NCBI GenBank assembly: GCA_964035545.1
Contig: OZ037767.1
Span: 197,680-261,679, forward strand
Origin: Bugula neritina
Taxonomy: Eukaryota > Animalia > Bryozoa
Reading direction: 5' to 3'
DNA length: 64,000 nt
A program made the translations under genes and the position numbers. Shown here piece after piece: positions 24,466 through 36,400 of this stretch. The notes beneath the pieces were generated by a model, which saw nothing but the letters and a program-made list of their open reading frames with translations, had not been told where the DNA came from and did no database searches. Within the stretch, counting starts at the first letter, position 1. Every line of letters starts with the position of its first letter.

Positions 24466-27400
24466 CTAGTATTTCCTGTCAGGTTCCACCTGTACGTGTA
24501 TTACATTCTTTCTACTCTCCTGTTCTCTCTTCCTGTTGAAACATCTGATGAGACTGAATACTTCAAACTGTATAAACTCACAGATTGTCAGTAGACTGGC
24601 TCCAATACACAGACCCAGAGTTCCTCCAAAATTAGCTGCCAATATACATAATACCACAGGCAATATACATAATACCACAGGCAATATACATAATACCACA
24701 GGCAATATACATAATACCACAGGCAATATACATAATACCACAGGCAATATACATAATACCACAGGCAATATACATAATACCACAGGCAATATACATAATA
24801 CCACAGGCAATATACATAATACCACAGGCAATATACATAATACCACAGGCAATATATATATAATATCACAGGCAATATATATATAATACCACAGGCAATA
24901 TATATATAATATCACAGGCAATGATTTGCAAACACCTGTACCTTCATTAATGCCTTTAAGATTCTCATCTCTCTACATCATTAAATTAATTCCTAACAAA
25001 ATACTGTAAATATACTAATATTATAGCACAAGACTTTGCACTAGCTTTAGCTATACCTTAGTTATGCAACAAATAGTATAGTATCATGTTACAGAAGGCT
25101 TTATAACAGGCACACACTAGAATGAAGTGACAAATGAAACTCTACTATACATAAGTTTGCAAACTGACCAATCAAGTTAGCTGAGACAGAATAATTCTTA
25201 GAGACTAACCAATAGCATCGCTCCATGTGTATGGCAAGTATTCTTCAAGTAAGTTGTATGACATGGATTTGAAGTTGATAGTCAGTTGAATGAGGTTCTT
25301 CTTTAAGTCTTCCATAGTTGCTAAACACGAGAACACAACTTACAATAATATTATATAATATAGTATTCAGTGTATAATTATATTACAGTGTATATAATGT
25401 ATATAGTGTATATATTATAGTGTATATAGTGTATATATTATAGTCATATAAACAAAACTCACTCTCACTATAGTTGAATGCTCGTCTGAAGAATTGTTCA
25501 TTAGGAAATTTGAAGGTAGACACTTCTGTGGAGTAATATTCTTCGTCACAAGTATTTCTACATCTGCATGACTTCTTTAGAAACTCAATCTTCTCTGCGA
25601 TGTCTTGAAAATACACATCATCAGACTATGTGTCAGACTAGGTGTCAGACTAGGTATCAGACTATGTGTCAGGCTATGTATCAGACTATGTATCAGACTA
25701 GGTATCAGACTATGTATCAGACTAGGTATCAGACTATGTACCAGACTAGATATCAGACTATGTGTCAGACTATGTATCAGACTATGCGTCATACTAGGTA
25801 TCAGACTATGCGTCAGACTATGTACCATACTAGGTATCAGACTATGTGTCAGGCTATGTATCAGACTAGGTATCATACTAGGTATCAGACTATGTATCAG
25901 ACTAGGTATCATACTATGTGTCAGGCTAAACAAACCTCTCACCGACACTCTCAATACTTAAGTATAAAATACTTGACTCACCGCTAAATATCGTATCATG
26001 AGTTGAAGTGATCAGCTTATCCGGCTTACATATCTTGGCTCCATCAACAACTGTAAAATATTATTTTCATATGTTTATTTCTAATTGAATTCTTAACATG
26101 CTTTTAGAAAGATTGGTTAAAAGGTCATTTTTATCCACACTTGCATATTTTTATAAAATAATTAATTTGATTAAACACTTTCTAAATGTCAGTAAACAAT
26201 TATTAGTTGAGTTTCTAACAAATGATTTTAATATACACATACGAGGGTCATAAAAGTTTCTGCACCCAAACTTCTCAACGCTGTAGTTAGTAGAACATTC
26301 CCGATAACAGGCATTGTACGAGTAGTTAGGATAGAAGCTGAGGGGGTTGGACTCCATCTTAGTATCAAAACAGTCAGCAGTGTTGTCGTCAGCAGGGGGC
26401 GGCTGCCTCTTTATCTGTTAACAAACGATATTTATTCAATTATTTTTCCCTATTCTGTTTTACCTGATATCTACCTTACCTGTTTTCCGTGATGTTCGAG
26501 AGTCATCATACCCTGTGCTGTTTAAGAGTTATCATACCTTGTGCTGTTCTAGAGTTATCATACCCTGTGCTGTTCAAGAGTTATCATACCCTGTGCTGTT
26601 CAAGAGTTATCATACCCTGTGCAGTTCAAGAGTTATCATACCTTGTGCAATTCGAGAGCTATGTTGACAAGAGTCCCGGGAGTAACGCCTACTATTCCAT
26701 CGGCCATGATGTTTGGTATTTCTCCGGGCCTGTATATGGCAACCTAACAAGAAGCACTCAACTTTTAACTCAGTTATTCAGTTACACTATTAGCTACAAG
26801 TTTAGTCTGCCGAAACACTGAACTGATAGAATATACCATTATAATTAGCTTGATTCACTGAGTAAAGTAGAGAGAAGGTAAATTATAGAGAAGGTAAAGT
26901 AGAGAGAAGGTAAAGTATAGAGAAGGTAAAGTAGAGAGAAGGTAAAGTAGAGAGAAGGTAAAGTATAGAGAAGGTAAAGTAGAGAGAAGGTAAAGTAGAG
27001 AGAAGGTAAAGTATTGTGATAGTTTTGTGGATTGTGAATGAAACTAGTGCTTTTACATGCTTGTATGAGAAACAAGGCGAGAAATAAGGTAGAAGGTAGA
27101 TAATCTTTATTGTAGTATAGTCCGAGTGAATCAATGGTCTTTATCCAGCGAGCTCCAGTAGTAGACTGAACTATACTGGAACTCGCTGGCTTTTATATAC
27201 ATGCAGGACAAAGACATTCCTTTGTTTGCCGAGATCGGAGGCCCGAAATACCGAATATCGGCACTTTGGGAATCCGAAATGCCGAATCCGGCATTTCGGT
27301 ACTTCGGTATTCCGATATGCCGAGAATCGGCATATTGGTGTTTCGGAGGACCGAAGTACCGATCTCGGCAACAAAGGACACACACACACAACATAATTTT

Positions 27401-30400
27401 ACCACACACACCCCCCATCGGAAAGCATGCTTTCCGATAAAGAGGCGTACACAACACAAACACACAACAGGGAATGACACGACAATAAAACGCACAGTTG
27501 AAAGTAACACACGGAAAAGAAAAATATGGTAAACATGCAGTGACATTAATAATATAATGATAACAACAAAAAAAAACGGGGAAAATTTGTGCACACCAAG
27601 AAAAACAGAACATGAATAGGTACATATATTACATGAAGAACTTACACACATATAATAAACAAACAAAGAAATAAGAATAGGAAAGAAAATACTATACAAA
27701 TAGTCTCAGCGGCGGTCGCCAGATCGACCCCGCTCCAGGCGGCTAACTCGTCTCCGGAGTTGCCCCAGCTCCTCCTCATATCTGCGGAGCTGCCGGCGTA
27801 ACTGGTGTACCTCCTCTGCCAACTGAGCCGACGTCTGGTGCCTAGGGCGGTCGGTGGTACCACGGGCAGGACGTCGCTGGCGGTGCGTCTGCTTCTCGCC
27901 CGCCGCCGAGGGTCGGGGGCCCAGGTCCGATGAATCGGCCCTGGCACCTGGTCCGACCCGTGCCAGCATGACCCGAAGTGGCTGGGTGGCTGCCGGTTGG
28001 GGTGTCGCGGCGGGCTCCCCTTCTTCCTCCCGAACAGGCCTACACGCGGGGAATCCCAGGGCGAGAGCAGCCCGTTTGTGAGGATCCGCCACGTGTGGCA
28101 GCACCAGGTCCCGAAATTCGGGAAAGGAGGCCTGGTCTACAGCAAACGTGTAGCCCGTGTGGCAGTGAGCTATGCGTTGATGTCTCAACACATAGTCTCT
28201 CTGGTAGGAGAACTCCCCACACGGGCAAAACACGTTGATGTAGTGCTGTGGGGCGTGTACGCGCAACCGCCGTGCAGAGGAGAATTTCCTCTTACACTCA
28301 TGGCAGATGCGGTTGCCCGGCTCACCGCAAGCATCACCAATTTTCAGATTGGTGGGTCCAGTCACCCAATACTGGCGGGCGACCAGGGCCCGAGGCAGGG
28401 CCAGTATTGGGGAGTTGTCTTCTTCTGCTGGCAGGTGGTCGCCGTGTAGGATGCCCTGCTCCTCCCCGGCCGTGAGCTGAAGCTCGACCGGTTTGGGGTC
28501 AGGGCCACTAACGATGGCGGAACACACCTCTGTGGAGGAGGTGGCGGCCTGCTGGCTGTTAGAAGCCAAAGCAAGGGCCGGTGGGAGAGGGGAGTCGGAC
28601 TGACTGGCCTCCTCATTGTCCATACGCTCCTCTAGAACAGATAGTAGAGGCTGTGAGAAGCCGGTTTCACTATCGCCGAAATTCGGCACAGGTGTGTATG
28701 GAGTTAAGTTAAAAACCGAGGGCCGAGGTGTATCGCAGAAATTGACTGAGCCTACATCATGATTTAACAAAGTATCAATGGCAGAGTCATCTCCAAGATC
28801 CATCTCGGCCTCCGGTTCTAAGAAATCAGAACCAAGTAAGTCTAGTAAAGACCAGTCTACTTTAGTTTGACTAGACTCCGCAACTGGAGGACCTAATCTA
28901 GAAGAAATACCTGATTGCGTATCTGGTAAAGTAATTCCCATAGCTGCTGATAGCGTGTGGAGAACAGTGATAAAATCAAAATGAGTATTAGAATCAGAAT
29001 TTAGCTTGAGCTGCAACTGCCGTGCGAGTTGTGTGAAATCAGAATGAGAAATGGCCGAACCTCGTGTTTCAGAAGTTTTACCTGCTGAAGCCCGAGTTGC
29101 GTGGCTCGTGGGAATTTCCCCCGGATTTCGAAAAGACAACTCGCGTGATCGAGTGTCTTCCGAAATTCGGTCGGCCATTTCTTCTTCTTGGTGGAATTCT
29201 CCGGGGTGATGGAGGGAATTTCCAACCAAGATGGGGTGGTAGTCAGTGTGGGGGGGGTCGTCCTCAGGAGGGGGCCCCTCCAGATGCCCTACAGCATAGT
29301 CTGCCAGGTACCTGGGAGGTCTTCTTGGCCGCTGGCTCCTCTCAAGTGGAACAGGCACTGGTGGTGTTGGTGGCTCCTGGGCTGCCCTAGTAGGGGGGTC
29401 CCCGTCTTCACCCCGTACGGGGGTGGGGGTGTCCTCCCCCGGGAAGGATTGTGATCCAAGGGCTTGCCGCTGTTCCTGCTCCCGCTCCGCTCTCTGCTGC
29501 CGCTCCAGCTGCTCTATCAGGGCGGCCTGCTCCTGGTCCGTCTCCCTGGGGACTATAATCTCCACCTCTCGGGGCTGGGTGGCCCGTCCACGACGGTTGG
29601 GCTGACGGTGGGGCTCCAGGAGGGGTGGAGCCTGACCCACCGCGTCTGGGCTGGCATGGTAAGGTTTGAGGCGCTGCTCGCTCTAGACAGAGATCTGTCC
29701 AGAGCGCTCCACACGGTATGTGTGGTTGGGCAGCACCTCCACTACACAGTAGGGGCCGACGAACTTAGGCTGAAGCTTAGCCGACTGTCCGCGTCGCCTA
29801 CGGTAGCTCACCATCCAGACCCAGTCTCCCACTTGGTACAACGGGGGCTCCTCCGAGTCCTCTGTGCGGGTCTGCCACTGCTGGGTGCGCAGCGCATCAT
29901 GAGCTTTGCCCATGATGTCCATCAGACCCTCCACATATTCGTGTACCGGTGACTCGGGGGCAGGAACATGGTACGTCAGGTGTTCCGGGACCCGCGTCTC
30001 TCGACCTAGCATCAGGAAGTTTGGGGTCTCCTGCGTGGCGGAGTGTGGTGTGCTGCGGTAAGCCCGCATGATCTGCGGCAGCACCACGTCCCATTCTTCC
30101 TGACCTCGACCAAGCAGCAGGCTCCGGAGCGCGTCACCCAACATCCTGTTGTTCCGCTCGACGACTCCGTTCCCTTGCGGGTGATATGGGGTGGTCCGGC
30201 TCTGGTTCACCCCCCATATCCGGCAGAGGTCTCCCATGAGCTGGGACTGGAACTGGGCACCCTGGTCCGTATGTATCTGCTCGGGCAAACCGAGGTAACA
30301 GAACACATGTTGGTCCAGGGTCCGGGCCACCGTGGGGGCGGTGGCGTCTGGAATAGCCAGAGCATCCGCCCACCGGGTAAAGTGGTCCGTGAGCACCAGT

Positions 30401-33400
30401 ATCCAGGTGTTCCCTCTGGCGGATAACGGCATAGGCCCGACGAGGTCTACCGCCACTACTTGCCACGGTCGACCAGCGTACAGCCGGCGTCGACCAGTGG
30501 TTTCCGTGGGGCGGCCATGCTTGCTAGCTTGGCAGACCTCGCATTGCCGTACCCGCAGTCGTACGTCCCGAGTCATTCCGGGCCAATACCAACGTAGCCG
30601 CAGACACCTGATGACCCGACTGACTCCAGCATGAGCCTGCTTATGGGTGTCCCAGATCAGTTCCCGCCGGAGGGCGCGTGGACAGATGACGCGGTCCCTC
30701 TTCTGCTGGCGGTTGTCTGCTGCTAACGTTATCATCAGGAGGCCATCAGGACTGACCTTGAGGGCATCCCAGCGACGACAGAGGAGTTGGAACTCAACGT
30801 CTCCCTGCCGCTGCTGTTCCTCGCTAGGCCGTCGGCCCTCCTTCATGGCCCGGAAGATGTCCGCTACCGCGCCGGGTAGCGTCTCCTGGAGTCGGCACAG
30901 CTCCTTGACGTTCTGGTGCAGAGTAGGGTTGGCGTGGAGCGCCTGGACACCGTCCTGGTGAGTTTCGGTCCGAAGATGGCCGTGCTCCCACTGGTAGGTG
31001 GTACCCTCCACTAGTCCTGCTTCCACGTCAAGGCGAGCGGGTCCCCCGTCCCGCTGTTCAATGTGCAGGCATTGCTTACAGTCCTCTACCGGCCGGCGGC
31101 TCATGCCGTCGGCGTTCCCATGCTTCCGGCCTACACGGTGCTCTATCCGGTAAGAGAACTCGGCAAGAATCTCTAGCCAACGAGCCACCTGGCTCGAGGG
31201 CTCTGCACGTTTACACAGCCATATCAGTGATGCATGGTCTGTTCGCAGACGGAACGATTTCCCATACAGATATGGCCGAAAGTGCTTGACCGCCTTGACT
31301 ACTGCTAGGAGTTCCTTCCTAGTGGTGCAGTAGTTCTTCTCGGCGGCCGCGAGAGTCTTGCTATAGTAAGCCACGACCACCTCACTTCCACCCTGGACTT
31401 GAGACAAGACGGCTCCCACGCTGTGGTCGCTGGCGTCGGTGTCCAGGATGTACTCCTTGGCTGGATCAGGATACGCCAGGATTGGCGCTTCCATTAGCCG
31501 TTGCTTGAGGTGGTCGAATGCCTGCTGCTCCTCCTGTGTCCACTGCCACCGGACTCCCTTTGCGGTCAGCCGATTTAACGGTTGAGCCACTCCTGCGAAC
31601 CTAGGTATGTACTGCCGGTAGTACCCTACTAGGCCCAGGAAAGCACGCAACTCAGGGAGGTCACGGGGGACAGTCCACTCCTTCACAGCTTGTACCTTCT
31701 CTGGATCGGTAGCGACCCCATCACGGCCAACCACATGGCCCAGGTACGTGACTTCTGGCTGCAGGAGTGCACACTTGGAGGGCTTCAGCTTCAGTCCAGC
31801 AGCCCGGAGACGGTCAAAGACCTCCCGCAGACGGCTGACATGAGTCGAGAAGTCTGGGGAGATGACAATGACATCGTCCAGATAGATGAGGAGGATTTTC
31901 CAGTGTAACCCACTGAGGACTTGCTCCATGAGTCGTTGGAATGTTGCCGGAGCGGACGACAGTCCGAATGGCAGTACTTTCCATTTCCAGAGCCCGTCGC
32001 GAGTAATGAATGCTGCTTTGTCCTGTGCATCAGGGCTGAGGGGCACTTGCCAGTACCCACTAAGCAGATCCAAAGTACTGAAGTACTTGCTACCCGCGAG
32101 GGCGTCTAGAGACTCATCTATCCGGGGGAGAGGGTAGGCGTCCTGGATGGTAGCGTTGTTGAGTCTGCGGTAGTCCACGCAGAATCTCCAGCTACCATCC
32201 TTCTTCTTGACCAGGACCACTGGGGAGCTCTACGCACCGTGGGCAGGCTCAATCAGATCCCGGTCCAGAAGATCCTGTACCTGTCGGCTCACCTCCTTCT
32301 CCTTCTCCGGGCCTAGACGTCGGGTAGGCTGCCTGATGGGAGTGGTGCCGGCTGCCAGGGGTATCTCGTGGGAGATAACCTTAGTCAGCCCCATGTCTCC
32401 ATCGCCACGACTGAAGACATCACTGTACTCTGCGAGTGGTTGAGCCAGTACTTGGCGTTCAGTACTACTCGTACAGTTTCCGCATGCTCCGCCATACAGG
32501 TCAGCCAGGTGCTCCGGGACTGCTTCTCGTCTGGTGTGAGGGGGGTTTCCCTGGGTGTCGGCCACTGTCTCCAGTGCCGGACCCACATCTGCTTCCTGGA
32601 TGGAGTGGTACTTCCCCACCAGCGCTCCAGCCGATAATTGGACAGGTTCCGTGAAGGGGTTGATGCACTGCACGAGGAGCTCTTGCCGACAATCTAGCCG
32701 ATTCAGGCTGTTTGCTAGTCGGATGGCTCCGTGCGTTCCTTCAACCATCCCCAGGCCGGCGATCCCCTTGCAGTTGACTCTGCATCGGAGAGTCGCCTGG
32801 GACCTCCCCGGAACTGTGCAGTCCCGCACTACCTGGACTCCGCCCACCAAGGGCCTGCCAAACTTGTCAACACAGACAAGTTCCTTCCCAGCCATCACCA
32901 CCACTGACTTCTGGAAACCCATGTGACACTGGTGTTTCTCCAGGAAGGGCATTCCCAAGATGGCGTCCTCCTTCAGCTGGCTGACTATGAACGTCTCGTG
33001 AATTGCTTGATCACGGACGCGTCCAGGTAGTGAAATGACGCCGTAGAAAGGAATGCATGATCCGTCCGCCAACGTACCATGCGCACCTTCATACGGCTCG
33101 AGGCTCGCCCGCTCTCGTGCACCAAGAGTGTCAAAGAGACGCCTACTCAGCAGGTTGGTAGTGCACCCAGTATCCAGTAGGAATGTGGCAGCTTTACCCG
33201 AAATCTTTCCGGGCAGGAAGTAGCTGCTTCCATACGGCTGGGTGCTCCTGGAGCGGTCAGTCTCTGGGGGAGACACAACTTGGGTCCGCACAGCGGGCCT
33301 CCTCTTCGTCTTAGAGACAACGGGGGTTTTCTGAGGTCGGGAGGGTAGCTTGGGATACTCTTGCGAGTAAGCTGAATCCTCCTCCACAACCTCCTCGGGC

Positions 33401-36400
33401 AACCCCGCGAACCGGTTACGGAGTGGCCAGGCTGGAGGATCGGGTAGACCTTGCGGTCTCCGAGATCTCCGAGGTGCCTGCCATCCGGTTTCTTCTAGTT
33501 CCATCCGGGTATCGAGTGGCAGGGCAGGAGGATCGGGTAGGCCTTTCGGTCTCCGAGATCTCCGGTTTGCGTGCCACTCGATGTAGGTCGACTCTGGAGA
33601 GGTCTCTTCTGTTGTCTTCCGAGTCCTATCCCGGACCGGATTGGCGTGGGGCCCACGGGTGGCGGAATTCACCGTGAGCCTCGAGTGTTTAAAGGCTTCT
33701 GTCCCTTAGGGCAGTGCCTTCTCACATGTCCTGGCATCCCGCACTCCCAACAAGTGGGCGGAGGGGGGCGGACAGGGTCGTCCCGCGAGCGGGGAGCCCG
33801 CCTGTCCGTCTGGTTGCGCTGCAACTCCGCCACCGTAGCCTGCAGGCCTTTCATCATGCTCATCAGCATGTTGAGCTGCGTCTGCTCAGGCGACGGGGTA
33901 GCTGCTGCTGCCACTTGTGGGGTTGGGGGTACCTCTTCTGCATCTCCGGCCACCTGGCGAGCCGCGTAGTTCGCCCTCCGTGGTTCCTCCACTTGGAAGT
34001 AGGCCTTCCCCATCTCTAGTGCTTCGTCCAGGCTCTTGACCTTCGCGGCTAGCCAGTACCGCTGGAGGACCGGGTGGTTCACACTCCGGAAGAACGCGTT
34101 AAAAACGAGGCGCTTCCGATCTTCGCCAGTGGCGTGACCGAAAGCAGCCTGAGCCAGGCGCTCTACCTCGTTAGCATGATCTTCCAGAGGTGTCCTTCGG
34201 TCTCTCCTCATCACTTGTAGCTGGTCTGACGCCTCTTCCGTGGTCAAGCCGAACCGGGCCCTAAGAGCCCGCAGGATGTGGGCTTCGTCGGGTCCCAGTG
34301 CGAAGTTCCTGGCCCGGCCTGTCAGACAGGCCCGGAGTTGGAGGACGCGCACCCGTACTGGCCATTCAGCGGTGGTGGCCACGTCCTCGAACTCTTTGAT
34401 GAACTGTTCCACGTCTCCATCTCCTCCGAAAGTCGGGGGCTGGAGGCGATACCTGTCACCAGGTGATGCCTGTCCTTGCCCCCGCAATCCCTGGAGGGCT
34501 GTGACCAGCGCCTCAACAGTGAAGGCTGGTGGTGCTGCTGCCTCAGGGGCTGGGTCCCCTGGGGCCATCCTATTTCTCTTAGCAACTAGCTATTCGTAGA
34601 ATCCCACTGCTGCCACCAATGTGATAGTTTTGTGGATTGTGAATGAAACTAGTGCTTTTACATGCTTGTATGAGAAACAAGGCGAGAAATAAGGTAGAAG
34701 GTAGATAATCTTTATTGTAGTATAGTCCGAGTGAATCAATGGTCTTTATCCAGCGAGCTCCAGTAGTAGACTGAACTATACTGGAACTCGCTGGCTTTTA
34801 TATACATGCAGGACAAAGACATTCCTTTGTTTGCCGAGATCGGAGGCCCGAAATACCGAATATCGGCACTTTGGGAATCCGAAATGCCGAATCCGGCATT
34901 TCGGTACTTCGGTATTCCGATATGCCGAGAATCGGCATATCGGTGTTTCGGAGGACCGAAGTACCGATCTCGGCAACAAAGGACACACACACACAACATA
35001 ATTTTACCACAGTATAGAGAAGGTAAAGTAGAGAGAAGGTAAAGTATAGAGAAGGTAAAGTAGAGAGAAGGTAAAGTAGAGAGAAGGTAAAGTATAGAGA
35101 AGGTAAAGTAGAGAGAAGGTAAAGTAGAGAGAAGGTAAAGTATAGAGAAGGTAAAGTAGAGAGAAGGTAAAGTAGAGAGAAGGTAAAGTAGAGAGAAGGT
35201 AAAGTAGAGAGAAGGTAAAGTAGAGAGAAGGTAAAGTATAGAGAAGGTAAAGTAGAGAGAAGATAAAGTAGAGAGAAGGTAAAGTAGAGAGAAGGTAAAG
35301 TAGAGAGAAGGTAAAGTAGAGAGAAGGTAAAGTAGAGAGAAGGTAAAGTAGAGAGAAGGTAAAGTATAGAGAAGGTAAAGTAGAGAGAAGATAAAGTAAA
35401 GAGAAGGTAAAGTAGAGAGAAGGTAAAGTAGAGAGAAGGTAAAGTATAGAGAAGGTAAAGTAGAGAGAAGGTGTAGTAGAGAGAAGGTAAAGTATAGAGA
35501 AGGTAAAGTATAGAGAAGGTAAAGTAGAGAGAAGGTGTAGTAGAGAGAAGGTAAAGTAGAGAGAAGATAAAGTAGAGAGAAGGTAAAGTAGAGAGAAGGT
35601 AAAGTATAAAGAAGGTAAAGTAGAAAGAAGGTAAAGTAGAGAGAAGGTAAAGTATAAAGAAGGTAAAGTAGAGAGAAGGTAAAGTAGAGAGAAGGTAAAG
35701 TAGAGAGAAGGTAAAGTAGAGAGAAGGTAAAGTAGAGAGAAGGTAAAGTAGAGAGAAGGTAAAGTAGAGAGAAGGTAAAGTAGAGAGAAGGTAAAGTAGA
35801 GAGAAGGTAAAGTAGAGAGAAGGTAAAGTATAAAGAAGGTAAAGTAGAGAGAAGGTAAAGTATAAAGAAGGTAAAGTAGAGAGAAGGTAAAGTAGAGAGA
35901 AGATAAAGTAGAGAGAAGGTAAAGTAGAGAGAAGGTAAAGTAGAGAGAAGGTAAAGTAGAGAGAAGGTAAAGTAGAAAGTAGATAAAGTATAGAGTGGAA
36001 TAACTTACATAGAACCCACTAGCCTCAGCCCCTGGGCCAATGTAGTACTCATCCACTGATGTATTCAGAGTAATTCTCAGTCCAGAATACAAGCTGGTAG
36101 AACGTGCCTTGAATTGACCTTCAGAGTTGAAAGCATAGCAATAGCCTGTATAATATAACCATAGTAGTATATAATACACAGTATACTATGCATATTACAT
36201 AATATATAGAACACAGTATACTATACATATTACACAATATATAGAACACAGTATACTATACATATTACACAATATATAGAACACAGTATACTATACATAT
36301 TACATAATATATAGAACACAGTATACTATACATATTACATAATATATAGAACACATTATACTATACATATTACATAATATATAGAACACAGTATACTATA

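Larger units (their letters stand above)
27015..35011 (-). mobile_element. Full-length Ty3/Gypsy LTR retrotransposon (7997 bp)
   Basis: TG...CA LTRs at 27015-27406 and 34620-35011; 4-bp TSD GTAT at 27011-27014 and 35012-35015; domain order gag-PR-RT-RH-IN; PBS and PPT present. Confidence 0.97.
26861..35990. repeat. 16-bp minisatellite (agtagagagaaggtaa) split by the Gypsy insertion
   Basis: The same unit occurs at 26861-27014 and 35012-35990. Confidence 0.92.

Noticed and set aside
27706-29640. Third Gypsy ORF as env
   Set aside because: No signal peptide or transmembrane segment is visible, and it is in frame with pol.
27854-34599. Many overlapping ORFs inside the Gypsy element and its LTRs
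   Set aside because: These are expected shadow ORFs of GC-rich coding DNA, with no recognisable motifs.
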